55,833 nucleotides of DNA from Euryarchaeota archaeon RBG_19FT_COMBO_56_21 (GTDB lineage: Archaea > Thermoplasmatota > Thermoplasmata > UBA10834). The DNA is taken from assembly GCA_001800815.1 (NCBI GenBank), contig MGWC01000018.1:1-55833 (forward strand), written 5' to 3'. The position numbers and the translations under genes are program-made. Under the pieces are notes generated by a model. The model worked only from the letters and a program-made list of their open reading frames with translations, searched no databases and was not told the origin of the DNA. Positions 24,738-36,357 of the stretch are shown piece after piece; position 1 is the first letter of the stretch, and the number at the start of each line of letters is the position of its first letter.

Positions 24738-25760
24738 ATGTCGACACAACACGCTTCGGTGAAGACCTTGCTCCTGACGGGGAAGCAGGTCAAGAAGCTC
24801 CTGGATATGAAGGACGTGCTCGGCGCGGTCGAGAACGCCTTTAGGCATAAGGGGCTCGGAAAGGTGCAGATGCCTGCGAAGGTGTACCTTTTCTATGAGA
24901 AGTTCAACGGCGACCTCAGAACGATGCCCTCCTACGTCGAGGACATGGACGTTTCCGCGGTGAAGATCGTGAACGTGCACCCGGATAACGCGAAAAACTT
25001 CGGGATGAGGACAGTCATGGCGGTCCTCGTCCTCGTGAACCCGCACACGGGCGCTCCCCTAGCGTTCATGGATGCGACCCACATAACAGACATGAGGACC
25101 GGTGCTGCGAGCGGAATTGCATCGAAGTATCTCGCGAGACCGGATCCGAAGATTCTGGGCATCATAGGAGCTGGGAACCAGGCCAGGACCCAGATGCTAG
25201 CCCTGATCACTCAGTACGGCCACTTTGATGAGGTCAGAGTGAATGACCTTTACCCCGAGAAGAGCAAGGCGCTCGTAAGGGAGTTCAGGAGGAAGTACAA
25301 GGAGCAGGTCGGCAAGTTCAAAGCGGTCAGCGACCCGAAGGACTGCGTCGTGGATGCCGACATTGTCGTCACGGCGACAGCGTCCAGAGCACCAATCGTG
25401 AAGGACGAGTGGGTGAAAGCCGGCACGCACATCAACTGCATAGGCGCGGACGCCCCTGGCAAGCAAGAGATGGACCCGATGATCCTGAAGCGGGCGCGAC
25501 TAATTATCGACGACTGGGAACAGGCCTCGCACTCCGGCGAGATCAATGTTCCGCTCGCGAAGGGCGAGCTTACGAGGGACGATGTCAACGCGGAGATTGG
25601 GCAGATCGTCGCCGGACTGAAGCCTGGCAGGGAGAACGACGAGCAGACAACAGTATTCTGTTCGACAGGCCTGGCCATCCAAGATGCCCTAACTGCGAAG
25701 ATCGCGTACGATACCGCGATAGCTCAGAAAGTCGGCAGGTACATGCAGATCGTCCTGTGA
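24738..25760 (+). CDS. ala: Archaeal alanine dehydrogenase (ornithine cyclodeaminase/mu-crystallin family)
   Basis: GDLRTMPSY, KIVNVHPDN, TDMRTGAA, GIIGAGNQA, HINCIGADAPGKQE, STGLAIQD. Confidence 0.88.
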   Translation: MSTQHASVKTLLLTGKQVKKLLDMKDVLGAVENAFRHKGLGKVQMPAKVYLFYEKFNGDLRTMPSYVEDMDVSAVKIVNVHPDNAKNFGMRTVMAVLVLVNPHTGAPLAFMDATHITDMRTGAASGIASKYLARPDPKILGIIGAGNQARTQMLALITQYGHFDEVRVNDLYPEKSKALVREFRRKYKEQVGKFKAVSDPKDCVVDADIVVTATASRAPIVKDEWVKAGTHINCIGADAPGKQEMDPMILKRARLIIDDWEQASHSGEINVPLAKGELTRDDVNAEIGQIVAGLKPGRENDEQTTVFCSTGLAIQDALTAKIAYDTAIAQKVGRYMQIVL

Positions 25761-25915
25761 TCGCGCACCCGAAACCCCTTCCGTCATGTGTCTTTCCATA
25801 GCTAAGAACCCTAGCTCGGCGCATGCCGATGTTCCGGCGGAAAAGTACCTTATAGAACATCGGGCGCTAGTAATGCAGCCTCGGATGTGGGTCCGAGGTT
25901 GATGGAGGAAGACAG

Positions 25916-27662
<1,747 letters not shown>

Positions 27663-27682
<20 letters not shown>

Positions 27683-29006
27683 CCGTCTCGTCGACCGCCG
27701 TCAGGAACTCCTTCTCTTTGCCTTCGTCGATGGTAGCTCCCGCAGCGACCGCGTGGCCTCCGCCAATTCCTCCGAACTTCTCGGCTGCCTTCTTCAGCGC
27801 GGCCGAGAGGTCGAGGCCCTTTGAGACAAGGTACTTCGTCCCGCGGCTCGAAACCTTGACGCTCCCCTTGACCCTGGATAGTGCAAGCGTAGGCTTCGAC
27901 TGATCAAGTATGTACTGCATCGCGAGCCCGCATTGCGCTCCGGCCAGTGAAGGCTCAGAGGCTTCGAAGTACTGAATGTGGTTCTTGTGGCTGACCCCGC
28001 CCGTCTCTATCTCCGTCAGCCTGTTGAGCAACTTGTTGTTGTACTCTCTCCTCAACTCGGACGCGCGTGCAAGGGCTTCGGTATCCCCCATGCACATGGC
28101 GATCCCAAGGCCCTCGTGGTTCATCCGTCCACAGGCATTGAGAAGGTCCGCGAGGTCGAAGGCTGTGAGATTCATCGACGGAATCCAGTGTATATCGCTC
28201 ACTAGCTCCTCGACAGTCTCCGGCCTGCATCCCTGACCCATCAGCCTGAGCGAGAGCATCGATGTGAGCTTCCTCCTGTGGACATCGTCCAGGGAGCCCA
28301 TCGGGTGGTCCGGGTTGAGCCTCATCGACTCTAGGAATGCCAGCACGTTGTCCTTCCGCCCCGAAAGGCCAACGAAGTAAGGATCTGCGGAGTCTGCGAT
28401 GGCGTCCGCAATAGTGGTTCCCTTCAGGTTGAGACCCCTCTGGACCTCAATGAACCTCTTCTCCCGGGCGTAGTCCAGGATTTGCTGGTTCACGGATTTC
28501 ATGCCGCCCATGTGCTGCCTGTCCCCAATGATGCCCGCTATCGCAATGGGAGAAAGGTCCCAGTTGCATGGGTCCATCATGATCGCCATCAGGAACGAAA
28601 CGCTCGATGCGCATGCCTCAGTCATGCCGTCCATCCCGAAGAAGTGCGGATTGGCCTGGACTATCTTCTTGGACTTCCGGATCGGCTTGTGGTGGTCGAG
28701 CGCGGCCACCTTGGCCTCCAAGATCTCGAGCCCGTCAATCTGGCCCGAACCCATATCAAGGAACAGGATCGCCTCGTTCCCCTCCTTCGCGAGGCTCTCA
28801 AGGATCTCCTTGTCCAGGCTCTTGCTGATAGTCAGGTGGAACTGCTTCTTTCCGCGGGAAAGGGCTCCGACGACGATGGCTGCAGCCGCGAGCCCGTCGG
28901 CGTCATAGTGCGAAACGACTCTGAGGAAGCTGGCTGAGTTCACGACTTTGACAGCGTGCTTCAGGCTGTCAGAGAACTCGTCCGGGAGGGCTATGCTCCC
29001 GTTCAT
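27663..29006 (-). CDS. DHH/DHHA1 phosphoesterase (archaeal RecJ-like)
   Basis: SHYDADG, FLDMGSG, LDHH, GIIGD, GGGHAVAAG; lies directly downstream of rps15 as in many archaea. Confidence 0.9.
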
Positions 29007-29013
29007 AGAATCA

Positions 29014-29469
29014 TCACTCTACTTGCAGCGCGGCCGTGTCGAGAGCGTAGTTCCAGGACTCCGGTATGATGCCCTCTCGCTTGTAGTACTTTACTAGCCG
29101 CCTGATCTTGGATTCCAACAGATGCCTGCCCCTGAGATTGTGAAGGTCCTTCGGGTTCTTGGAGACATGCGAGGTCATCGAGACCGCGCGCTTCATGAGC
29201 GCCTGCAAGTCCTCGGGGAGCTCCGACTTGATGTTCTTCTCCGTAAGGATCTCCTTGACGCTCTTGCCAGTCGCGAGCCGCACATTTGGTATCGCATGCT
29301 GGTCCCTCAGAACAAGTCCTATCTTGGCCATCGACATGCCCTCGCCTGACAGCTTCGCTACGAGGTCCTTGACTTCGTCCGCAGATGACTGCACCCATTT
29401 AGGGTTCTCTGTCAACAGCGGCTTCTTGGACCCCGACGAGCCCTTCCTGCTTGAATGCATCCTTGACAT
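29014..29469 (-). CDS. rps15: 30S ribosomal protein S15 (uS15), archaeal type
   Basis: MSRMHSSRKGSSGS..P..W....IGLVLRDQHAIP....PEDL..L....KDLHN.RG..L.ESKIRRLVKYY. Confidence 0.98.
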   Translation of the reverse strand: MSRMHSSRKGSSGSKKPLLTENPKWVQSSADEVKDLVAKLSGEGMSMAKIGLVLRDQHAIPNVRLATGKSVKEILTEKNIKSELPEDLQALMKRAVSMTSHVSKNPKDLHNLRGRHLLESKIRRLVKYYKREGIIPESWNYALDTAALQVE

Positions 29470-29494
29470 TGTCCATCTGACTCCGTCTGATTTC

Positions 29495-29923
29495 CTATTG
29501 TGGCGAGGCAGGGGCGACTATATTCTTCCCCCTTTTAAAGGTTTCCACGATGATTCTTGCCTGAGCCAGCATCGTCTCGTACTCCACAAGCGGGAACGAG
29601 AGTTGGCCAGGCAAGGAGTCGAACTCCTTGACCTCCTTGATATTGTGCTCTGACGGACCTCTCGCGACCCGACCGTTTACGAGCGCCACGAACACCCTTC
29701 CACCCTTCCGGTCGATCCTCAGCTGGCCGATGATGTCGATGCTCATCCCGGTCTCCTCGAAGAATTCCCTGACAGCTGCTTGCTCGTGCGTTTCATGCGG
29801 GAGGAGTCGACCTCCGGGCATCTCCCACGAGCGATCTCTGTGACGGACCATGACGAACTTGCCCCCATCAAAGGCAATGACGTAGGCGAATCTCTCCAAG
29901 CTCAGGCCTCCACGATGAAGCAC
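29495..29923 (-). CDS. NUDIX hydrolase
   Basis: WEMPGG..LPHETHEQAAVREFFEETG Nudix box. Confidence 0.9.
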   Translation of the reverse strand: MLHRGGLSLERFAYVIAFDGGKFVMVRHRDRSWEMPGGRLLPHETHEQAAVREFFEETGMSIDIIGQLRIDRKGGRVFVALVNGRVARGPSEHNIKEVKEFDSLPGQLSFPLVEYETMLAQARIIVETFKRGKNIVAPASPQ

Positions 29924-30567
29924 GCATGATCCTTCGAATAGCGTTCGAGGTCGATGACGGCTCTGACCGTAAGATTCTTCGCTACTAGGGCACGCCTTGC
30001 TTCAGAGAATATGTCCTTCGGAGATCTGTTCACATTGATGCTCCTCGACTTGAGCATCAGGACTCCGTGGCCCGCGTCAAAAGCGGCCATGTTCCGGACG
30101 AAGATGTCCACTTGGTTCCGCTGCGCGATATCCTGGTACACGAGCTCGATCCCTTCGATCATGTGTGCGTACTCCTCCGGCCGGTTGGCATCCTCGAGGA
30201 TAGGGATCATGTTCCTCCTCGTCTCGCACACCTTGACTAGATCACGGAAGGAGCGTTCGGAAATCTCGATGCAGTGGACCATCCCGTTGACCACGATATC
30301 GGATATGTGCGACGCGGTAGTGCCAGAGGCGGCCCCGAGGTACAGGACCTTAGTACTCTGATCCATCCCGAAGCCATTTCCGCCCAGCATGATCGAAGCA
30401 GCAAGCTTCGAGCGACTTGGGTTCCAGATCCGGTACTCGACGCCTTCGACCGAGATCAGTCTCTCGCCGTAGACTGTCTTTCCAGGAGTGGCATTGACCG
30501 TGAGAAGATGCTCCCCGTCGGTGAAGACCCCTGGGATATCTCCCGTCAAAGACAGCAACCGGCTCAT
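29902..30567 (-). CDS. flpA: Fibrillarin-like rRNA/tRNA 2'-O-methyltransferase
   Basis: VYGE, YRIWNPSRSKLAA, VLYLGAASGTTASHISDI, IYQDIAQ-like LVYQDIAQRNQ, KSRSI. Confidence 0.96.
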   Translation of the reverse strand: MSRLLSLTGDIPGVFTDGEHLLTVNATPGKTVYGERLISVEGVEYRIWNPSRSKLAASIMLGGNGFGMDQSTKVLYLGAASGTTASHISDIVVNGMVHCIEISERSFRDLVKVCETRRNMIPILEDANRPEEYAHMIEGIELVYQDIAQRNQVDIFVRNMAAFDAGHGVLMLKSRSINVNRSPKDIFSEARRALVAKNLTVRAVIDLERYSKDHACFIVEA

Positions 30568-30625
30568 TCGTCCGGCGAACGGAGTCCCGGCTAAAGAATT
30601 ATACGATATACACGGATGCTAGACC

Positions 30626-31117
30626 GTGGCCGATGAGGATCTGGAGAAACAGATCAAGGAGCTAGCCGAGAAGATGGACTCCTTGGAGAACTCGATGTCC
30701 AAGGTGACCGCTCCTTATTCGCAGCTCCTGGACTACATTGAGCGGTTCCAGAAGATCTCCTCGAGCTACTTCAAAATGCTTGGGCTGTACCAGCGGTTCG
30801 GGGCCATATCTCCAGACCTGCTGATCCCCGGAATCAAGGACCCGATCTCGAGGGACATAGTCAAGGTACTTTTCGAGCGGGATGGGCAGAACATATCGCA
30901 GATAACGGACAAACTCAAGGACATGCGAGGGACAGCCTCGCGCAGGATCGTTCGTGAGCGTCTCAAGTTGTTGGAAGAGAAAGGCGTCCTGAAGGGCAGG
31001 GGTTCCCCCCGGTCCAAGGAGTACTGGCTCACTCAGGAGTACATTGATAAGTGGTACGACCTGCTGGGACTTGGAATAACGAAGGGCGGGAACCCCGAGA
31101 ACAAGACATCAGAATGA
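30626..31117 (+). CDS. Coiled-coil plus winged-HTH putative transcription regulator
   Basis: N-terminal heptads; NISQITDKLK..RGTASRRIVRERLKLLEEKGV wHTH. Confidence 0.7.
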   Translation: MADEDLEKQIKELAEKMDSLENSMSKVTAPYSQLLDYIERFQKISSSYFKMLGLYQRFGAISPDLLIPGIKDPISRDIVKVLFERDGQNISQITDKLKDMRGTASRRIVRERLKLLEEKGVLKGRGSPRSKEYWLTQEYIDKWYDLLGLGITKGGNPENKTSE

Positions 31118-31181
31118 GCGCCTGTCGGTCACTTTTGCTCACTTCGCTTATCTACGTGGACGGCGCATAGAGCAACCACAG

Positions 31182-31535
31182 GTGAAACAAATGATGGTCG
31201 ATGACCACGAGATGGATGTCGAGCAGCTGAAGGAGGTCATGTCCGTAATATCGACGGAGATACCAAAGCTGCTCGATGCGGTGAACAAGCAGCTGAGCAA
31301 CCCCGAGAACGCCCGGAAGATGGGTGAGGTAGTCGCCCTGTTCTACAAGCAGATGGTAGAATCAGGCATGGGTCAGAAGGAAGCATTTGCGCTTACCGAG
31401 AAATTCATGTCGAGCTTCAGCCTCGGGAGCATGATCGGCCAGGTCTTCTCGCACGGGAAGACCAAGGACGACATCGACGAGATGGTCGAGGAGCGCATCA
31501 AGGAACGCATCAGGAAGAAGCTAGATGACGACTGA
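31182..31535 (+). CDS. Conserved archaeal hypothetical helical protein
   Basis: 117 aa; FYKQMVESGM..EA..LTEKF motif shared with the next gene. Confidence 0.7.
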   Translation: MKQMMVDDHEMDVEQLKEVMSVISTEIPKLLDAVNKQLSNPENARKMGEVVALFYKQMVESGMGQKEAFALTEKFMSSFSLGSMIGQVFSHGKTKDDIDEMVEERIKERIRKKLDDD

Positions 31536-31809
31536 TCAACAAGCGTCCAACATGCCCAAGATAGTGGCCACCGTCATGTGGACCGCGCCTGGGCTGGTCA
31601 TCAAGACCGGCTTCGCCTACCTGAGGATGCGCAGAGACCTCCGGAAGAGCGCACAGATCTTCTACGACGGCATGATAGATGCGGGTATGCCGCTAGATCA
31701 GGCGGCGCGGCTCAGGGAGAAGTATGAAAACGACCTGAGTACCCGCGGGTTTGTGAAATCCCTCGGCATCACGCTGCCGGGGGGCTCTTCATCCCATTCG
31801 GGAAAGTAA
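31525..31809 (+). CDS. Hypothetical helical protein, paralogous to the preceding gene
   Basis: FYDGMIDAGM..QA..LREKY motif; overlaps the upstream gene by 11 bp. Confidence 0.65.
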   Translation: MTTDQQASNMPKIVATVMWTAPGLVIKTGFAYLRMRRDLRKSAQIFYDGMIDAGMPLDQAARLREKYENDLSTRGFVKSLGITLPGGSSSHSGK

Positions 31810-31837
31810 TATACCCCACTCTCTCAATACTTCTGGC

Positions 31838-32617
31838 GTGAAAGCGGAACTGACAGGCATCGCGAACGAGGTCTACAGCGCTTACAAGGAGCTACCGAAG
31901 GACTTCGATGGGCATGTCCTTGTGGGCAAGGGGGCAAGCGGCTCCGCTACCTCCAAGATAGATAAATTCGCCGAAGATGCGATCCTCGGGTACCTTGACA
32001 GCGAAGACATTAAGCTCAACGTGCTGAGCGAAGAGGCGGGCACGATTGACCGGGGCGCGAAGCTGACCTTGGTTGTCGACCCGATCGACGGTACTCTGAA
32101 CTGCACGCGCGGGATACCGTTCTTCTCGGTGTCTTTGGCAGTCTGCAGCAAGAGCATGTCTGACTGCTCTTCCGCGCTCGTGAGGAACCTCTCATCGGGC
32201 GACACCTACTTCGCCAGAAGAGGTGGGGGAGCAGAGCTGAATGGCCATCGGATAGGCGTGTCCAAGTACAACAGGGACGACGCGGTCTTCATCATGTTCG
32301 ACGGAGTCGACGTGGCACCCGAGACGCAGCGCGTGAAGCAGCATGCGAGCAGAGTGAGGACCATGGGCTGCGCGTCCCTTGAGATGTGCCTGGTCGCTCA
32401 GGGTTCCGTTCAGGCACACTACATGAACTGCACGAACTTCAATAGGATGATCAGGATAATCGATATCGCCGCTTCGTGTCTGATACTCCGGGAAGCGGGT
32501 GGCGAAGTCGTCGACATGGACGGCAACAAGCTCGAGATGGACCTTGACCTCAAGGACAGAAAGAACTTCCTGGCGTATGGCGACCCGAGAATCAAGGAGA
32601 TGGTATTACGAAAATAG
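31838..32617 (+). CDS. Inositol monophosphatase / FBPase-family phosphatase
   Basis: KIDKFAED, LSEE, VVDPIDGTLN, RTMGCASLE, DIAA...ILREAGG. Confidence 0.92.
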   Translation: MKAELTGIANEVYSAYKELPKDFDGHVLVGKGASGSATSKIDKFAEDAILGYLDSEDIKLNVLSEEAGTIDRGAKLTLVVDPIDGTLNCTRGIPFFSVSLAVCSKSMSDCSSALVRNLSSGDTYFARRGGGAELNGHRIGVSKYNRDDAVFIMFDGVDVAPETQRVKQHASRVRTMGCASLEMCLVAQGSVQAHYMNCTNFNRMIRIIDIAASCLILREAGGEVVDMDGNKLEMDLDLKDRKNFLAYGDPRIKEMVLRK

Positions 32618-33438
32618 GGATAACGGGCACACCTGAGTTGAAGAGCTTCCGACAAGTCGCGAAGAAGGTCCTCGTGGCGCTCAAGGGCGTCGACTATGTT
32701 GTGGAAGCAAGAACTGCAGAAGCGCTTGGAATCAAGGACGGGGTGCCTCTCGCGAAGATCAAAGCTGATTGTCTCATCACGATAGGAGGAGACGGAACTA
32801 TTCTGAGGACGCTCCAAGGGAACGACTCCCCCGTGATGGGGGTGAACGCGGGCGTCCTTGGCTTCCTCACCGAGATCCAGGCGGACGAGATCAGACAGTC
32901 CGTGAAGAGACTGCTGGCCGAGGATTATCACATCGATGAGCGGCTCAAGCTCAAAACCACAATGAATGGCCGGAGGCTCGAGGACGCAACCAATGAGGCG
33001 GTCATACACACGGCTCACATCGCGAAGATGAGGGACTTCAGCATATCGATTGACGGGACACCGGCAACGGAAGTCCGGGCGGACGGCATAATCATCGCGA
33101 CACCCACTGGTTCGACGTCATATGCCATGAGCGTGGGTTCGTCGATCATCGACCCGCGGGTCGAAGCGCTGGTGATCGCCCCCATCGCGCCATTCAGACT
33201 AGCTGCAAGACCGCTCGTTGTCGCCGCCAAGAGCAAGATACAGGTCACCCTGAAGAACCCGCGAGAGTGCACTATGGTGATAGACGGCCAGTGCGAGTTC
33301 AAGATCAGGGGTGACGAGAACCTGATGTTCACGGCCTCTGAGAAGACCGCTAAGTTCGTCAGCTTCAAGGACGACTTCTACAGGAACCTCGAGGAGAAAC
33401 TCATTGCATCTGCCCCATTCGCGGCGCACAGACACTGA
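32608..33438 (+). CDS. nadK: NAD(+) kinase
   Basis: GGDGTIL, GVNAGVLGFL, NEAV, DGIIIATPTGSTSYAMS. The family N-terminus (M)KIGIT starts at an ACG (32608); the first standard start is TTG 32638. Confidence 0.93.
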   Translation, partial: TKIGITGTPELKSFRQVAKKVLVALKGVDYVVEARTAEALGIKDGVPLAKIKADCLITIGGDGTILRTLQGNDSPVMGVNAGVLGFLTEIQADEIRQSVKRLLAEDYHIDERLKLKTTMNGRRLEDATNEAVIHTAHIAKMRDFSISIDGTPATEVRADGIIIATPTGSTSYAMSVGSSIIDPRVEALVIAPIAPFRLAARPLVVAAKSKIQVTLKNPRECTMVIDGQCEFKIRGDENLMFTASEKTAKFVSFKDDFYRNLEEKLIASAPFAAHRH

Positions 33439-33456
33439 TCGGAGATCGATGGTCAG

Positions 33457-33978
33457 ATGGTCGATACAAGGATGGCCTATCCGAAGCACTGGTTCGTTCT
33501 CGTGACCGTCGTCCTCGAATCGATCCTGACGTATCTATTCCTAGCAGCACTACTCGACCCGAACAGCATCCTCAGGGAATTCTGGCTCGCCATCTGTCCG
33601 TTGATCGGGGCCGTCATATTCATGCTGGAGGTCCCTCCGATCTTCACCGCCCATTCATTGACATCCACGGGGCTCAGGCTTAGAATGGGGCTGTTGGTGA
33701 ACGAAGAGATCCCTTTCGACGCCATCAGGGAGGTGAAGGAGACGTCTACCGCGAGAGGCGGACTGAGGATAGGAATCGGGGTCAAGTACATCCCGACGAC
33801 TAGACAGCTGTTCGTGACCTCGGCCTTCAGCAACCTCATATCCGTTCAGCTCGAGAACGCAGTGTCAATCGGAAGGTTGCGGAGGCACCGGGTGGAAGAG
33901 GTCATCATCAACGTCAACTTCCCGAGGGGGTTCTTGGATTCACTGGAGCCCATGATCAATCGTCCAGGAGAAGGATGA
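33457..33978 (+). CDS. Membrane protein with a bacterial PH-like domain
   Basis: Two N-terminal TM helices followed by LRLRMG...EEIPFDAIREV, typical of bPH-type domains. Confidence 0.6.
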   Translation: MVDTRMAYPKHWFVLVTVVLESILTYLFLAALLDPNSILREFWLAICPLIGAVIFMLEVPPIFTAHSLTSTGLRLRMGLLVNEEIPFDAIREVKETSTARGGLRIGIGVKYIPTTRQLFVTSAFSNLISVQLENAVSIGRLRRHRVEEVIINVNFPRGFLDSLEPMINRPGEG

Positions 33979-33981
33979 GGA

Positions 33982-34386
33982 ATGTCGCTCTTCAGACTCT
34001 TCAAGGACGACAGGGCGAACGTGGACAGCATCAAGAAGAATACGCTGAAGATGATACTCGAGGCGTCCAAATCGACCTATCCCGAGGAGTTCGGGGCGAT
34101 ATTGAGAGCAACGAAAGGAGTCATCAACGAGCTCATCCTGCTGCCGGGCACGATACAGGGGGAGCGCTCCGCATTGTTCAAGCTCCACATGCTCCCAATC
34201 GATTTCACGGTCGTCGGAACGGTCCACTCGCACCCCTCGGGCGCGTGCTATCCCTCCGATGCAGATCTCGACCTTTTCCGGAGGTACGGTTGGGTGCACA
34301 TCATTGTGTGCAGGCCTTACAGTATGAGCAGCTGGGCCGCCTACGATGCATCGGGAGAGCAGAGAGAACTCAAAGTGGTAGATTGA
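33982..34386 (+). CDS. JAB/MPN+ (JAMM) metalloprotease
   Basis: PEEFGAIL (Glu) and VHSHPSG...PSDADL JAMM motif. Confidence 0.92.
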   Translation: MSLFRLFKDDRANVDSIKKNTLKMILEASKSTYPEEFGAILRATKGVINELILLPGTIQGERSALFKLHMLPIDFTVVGTVHSHPSGACYPSDADLDLFRRYGWVHIIVCRPYSMSSWAAYDASGEQRELKVVD

Positions 34387-34456
34387 ACCGGCTCGTGAAC
34401 CTGATTCCGATTGGAATCCGTCCGCAGCCCGAGGGGCCCGAATCAGCTGCCTTTGC

Positions 34457-35671
34457 TCACGGGTTGCCCACTGCCAGCCAGTATGCCTCCAGGAAGCCAA
34501 GCCAGAACTCGTTCGGCATTACATACTCGTAGTAGTATGCCGGAACGTCGGCCTCGTGCATCGCGAATCGGACGCCTAGCCCATGAACGCTGTCAGATAG
34601 AGGCTTCAGGACCTGTAGCGCGATGACCGTGTCATCGAAATCCTCAAGAACCGCTGCGCAAGCTGCCTTGATCTCTTTCGATGAGGCGAGGGTTCTGCTG
34701 AGAGAAGCCACAAAGTCCCTCAAGTCCATCACATCTATCGCGTTCGCGCCGTAAGAGAAAGCTGCGGCGCCTCTCGCTTTCGAGATGGCGCCCGAGTACA
34801 GGTTCATGTCCTTCACCAACAGCCTGCTGAGCTCCTCAAGAGAGTCTGCTAGCTCCTTGACCATCGCCAGGTCAATAGCAGCGTGGTCGTTGATCGCCTC
34901 GCCCATATGCGGCGGTTGGCTCAGGAGGCTCTCGACCTCGTCTATGAACATGATTGCACACTCACGCGGGGTCATTGATGGATCCGCCACAAGCCTTCCA
35001 AGGGTCTGATCGTAGGGGTAGCCTCTCCACCCGGTGTAGGTCTGGCTCGCCAGCAGGTAGTCGCAATCGAGCCCAGCCATGGCGTACTCATATGCCACTT
35101 CGATCTGTCCCACGAGGCACTCGTCAGCGCCCATCACATCAACCCTGTATCCGTCCAGCGCCTGGAGGACCTCGTGGTGCGTCAGGGCGTCAGGGACTCC
35201 CTCTGCAGGACCGTTGTCGTCCCACGCTATGATGTTCGGACTACCGTGGTTCCAGAACATTAGAACCGTGTGGTCTGCCGGTGTTGCTTTGTATGTGTAC
35301 TGTACGAAGCTCCTAAGGGTGGCCGGGTCACCCATATTCACTTCTACGTCATTGAAGACGAAATCTGTCATCTCGACCATCTCGCCCTTCTTGACCATGA
35401 ATAGGTTGGCGGGGCCATACCATCTGTCGACGAACACATAGCATGCGACCTCGTCGGTCGATCCGACGGACATCAGCTCTTCGAAATCGTCTTCGACAAC
35501 CGAGACATGTTGCTGCCCAGTATAGACGTCAAGATTGTTGTCCGCCACCAGATAGATCAGATATCTCCACTGCGTGTGCGCCGGAGGCGCCGCATTCACG
35601 CTCGGAGCGATGAACGCCCCTGCAAGGACTGCGATCACCAACAGACCCACAATAAGACCCTTCGGTATCAT
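34457..35671 (-). CDS. Secreted clostripain-family (C11) cysteine peptidase, second paralogue
   Basis: Signal peptide ending VNA; WRYLIYLVADNNLD, VNMGDPATL..F, FWNHGS, GADECLVG..EVAYE. Confidence 0.85.
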   Translation of the reverse strand: MIPKGLIVGLLVIAVLAGAFIAPSVNAAPPAHTQWRYLIYLVADNNLDVYTGQQHVSVVEDDFEELMSVGSTDEVACYVFVDRWYGPANLFMVKKGEMVEMTDFVFNDVEVNMGDPATLRSFVQYTYKATPADHTVLMFWNHGSPNIIAWDDNGPAEGVPDALTHHEVLQALDGYRVDVMGADECLVGQIEVAYEYAMAGLDCDYLLASQTYTGWRGYPYDQTLGRLVADPSMTPRECAIMFIDEVESLLSQPPHMGEAINDHAAIDLAMVKELADSLEELSRLLVKDMNLYSGAISKARGAAAFSYGANAIDVMDLRDFVASLSRTLASSKEIKAACAAVLEDFDDTVIALQVLKPLSDSVHGLGVRFAMHEADVPAYYYEYVMPNEFWLGFLEAYWLAVGNP

Positions 35672-35750
35672 GTCTCCAACCTCCCCCCTAGCGAATACTG
35701 ACTAAGGTCGCCCCTGAATGGATTGCGGATTATTTGAGCGTGCCGAGTAA

Positions 35751-36164
35751 CTAGGTCTTGAGCGCTTCGACCTCGCACTCAATCTGGATCAATACAGGGT
35801 CGAGCAAATCGAAGTGGTGCACCCATCGAAGGGTCACGTGCGCCCCTGCGGCACATGGAGATGCCTCGACCGTGAAGGTCTCGCTTGAGTAGCCCGTCCA
35901 AACGGTGATGTGGACAAGGGGGGTCCCACCTTTGGTCCCGATGTTTGTGATATTGCCCGTGATCGTCACATTGCCAGGGCCGTCCACACCTGACGGGACA
36001 CCAGGGTCCATCTGAGTCTGGTAGCGCACGATGACCGTGAACTCAGGCCCTCCCCCGATCAGGCTCGGTCCGAATACGAAGACCAATGCAGCGACGACCG
36101 CCACCGCTGAAACAAACAATATGAGAGGCCAGTCCTTTTTCTTCCCCTTGGCCTTCCTTTCCAC
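35751..36164 (-). CDS. Hypothetical N-terminally anchored protein (small Ig-like ectodomain)
   Basis: Basic N-terminus, one TM helix, then beta-rich NVTITGNITNIG..G. Confidence 0.65.
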   Translation of the reverse strand: MERKAKGKKKDWPLILFVSAVAVVAALVFVFGPSLIGGGPEFTVIVRYQTQMDPGVPSGVDGPGNVTITGNITNIGTKGGTPLVHITVWTGYSSETFTVEASPCAAGAHVTLRWVHHFDLLDPVLIQIECEVEALKT

Positions 36165-36357
36165 GTTGTTTCCTCGCAGAGTCCGTGCTCACCATCCCTG
36201 ATGGCGTACTGGCTAGTAACCCTTACGGCGAGTGACTACGAAAGTGGGGACACGATACTGCGCTTGTGACCGACGTAGTTGCGCTGGTCCATCTCCCCTT
36301 CAAGGCGTGAACATGCATCGCGCTGAATACGGTTTCTGCAAATCAAACACAATCTAG

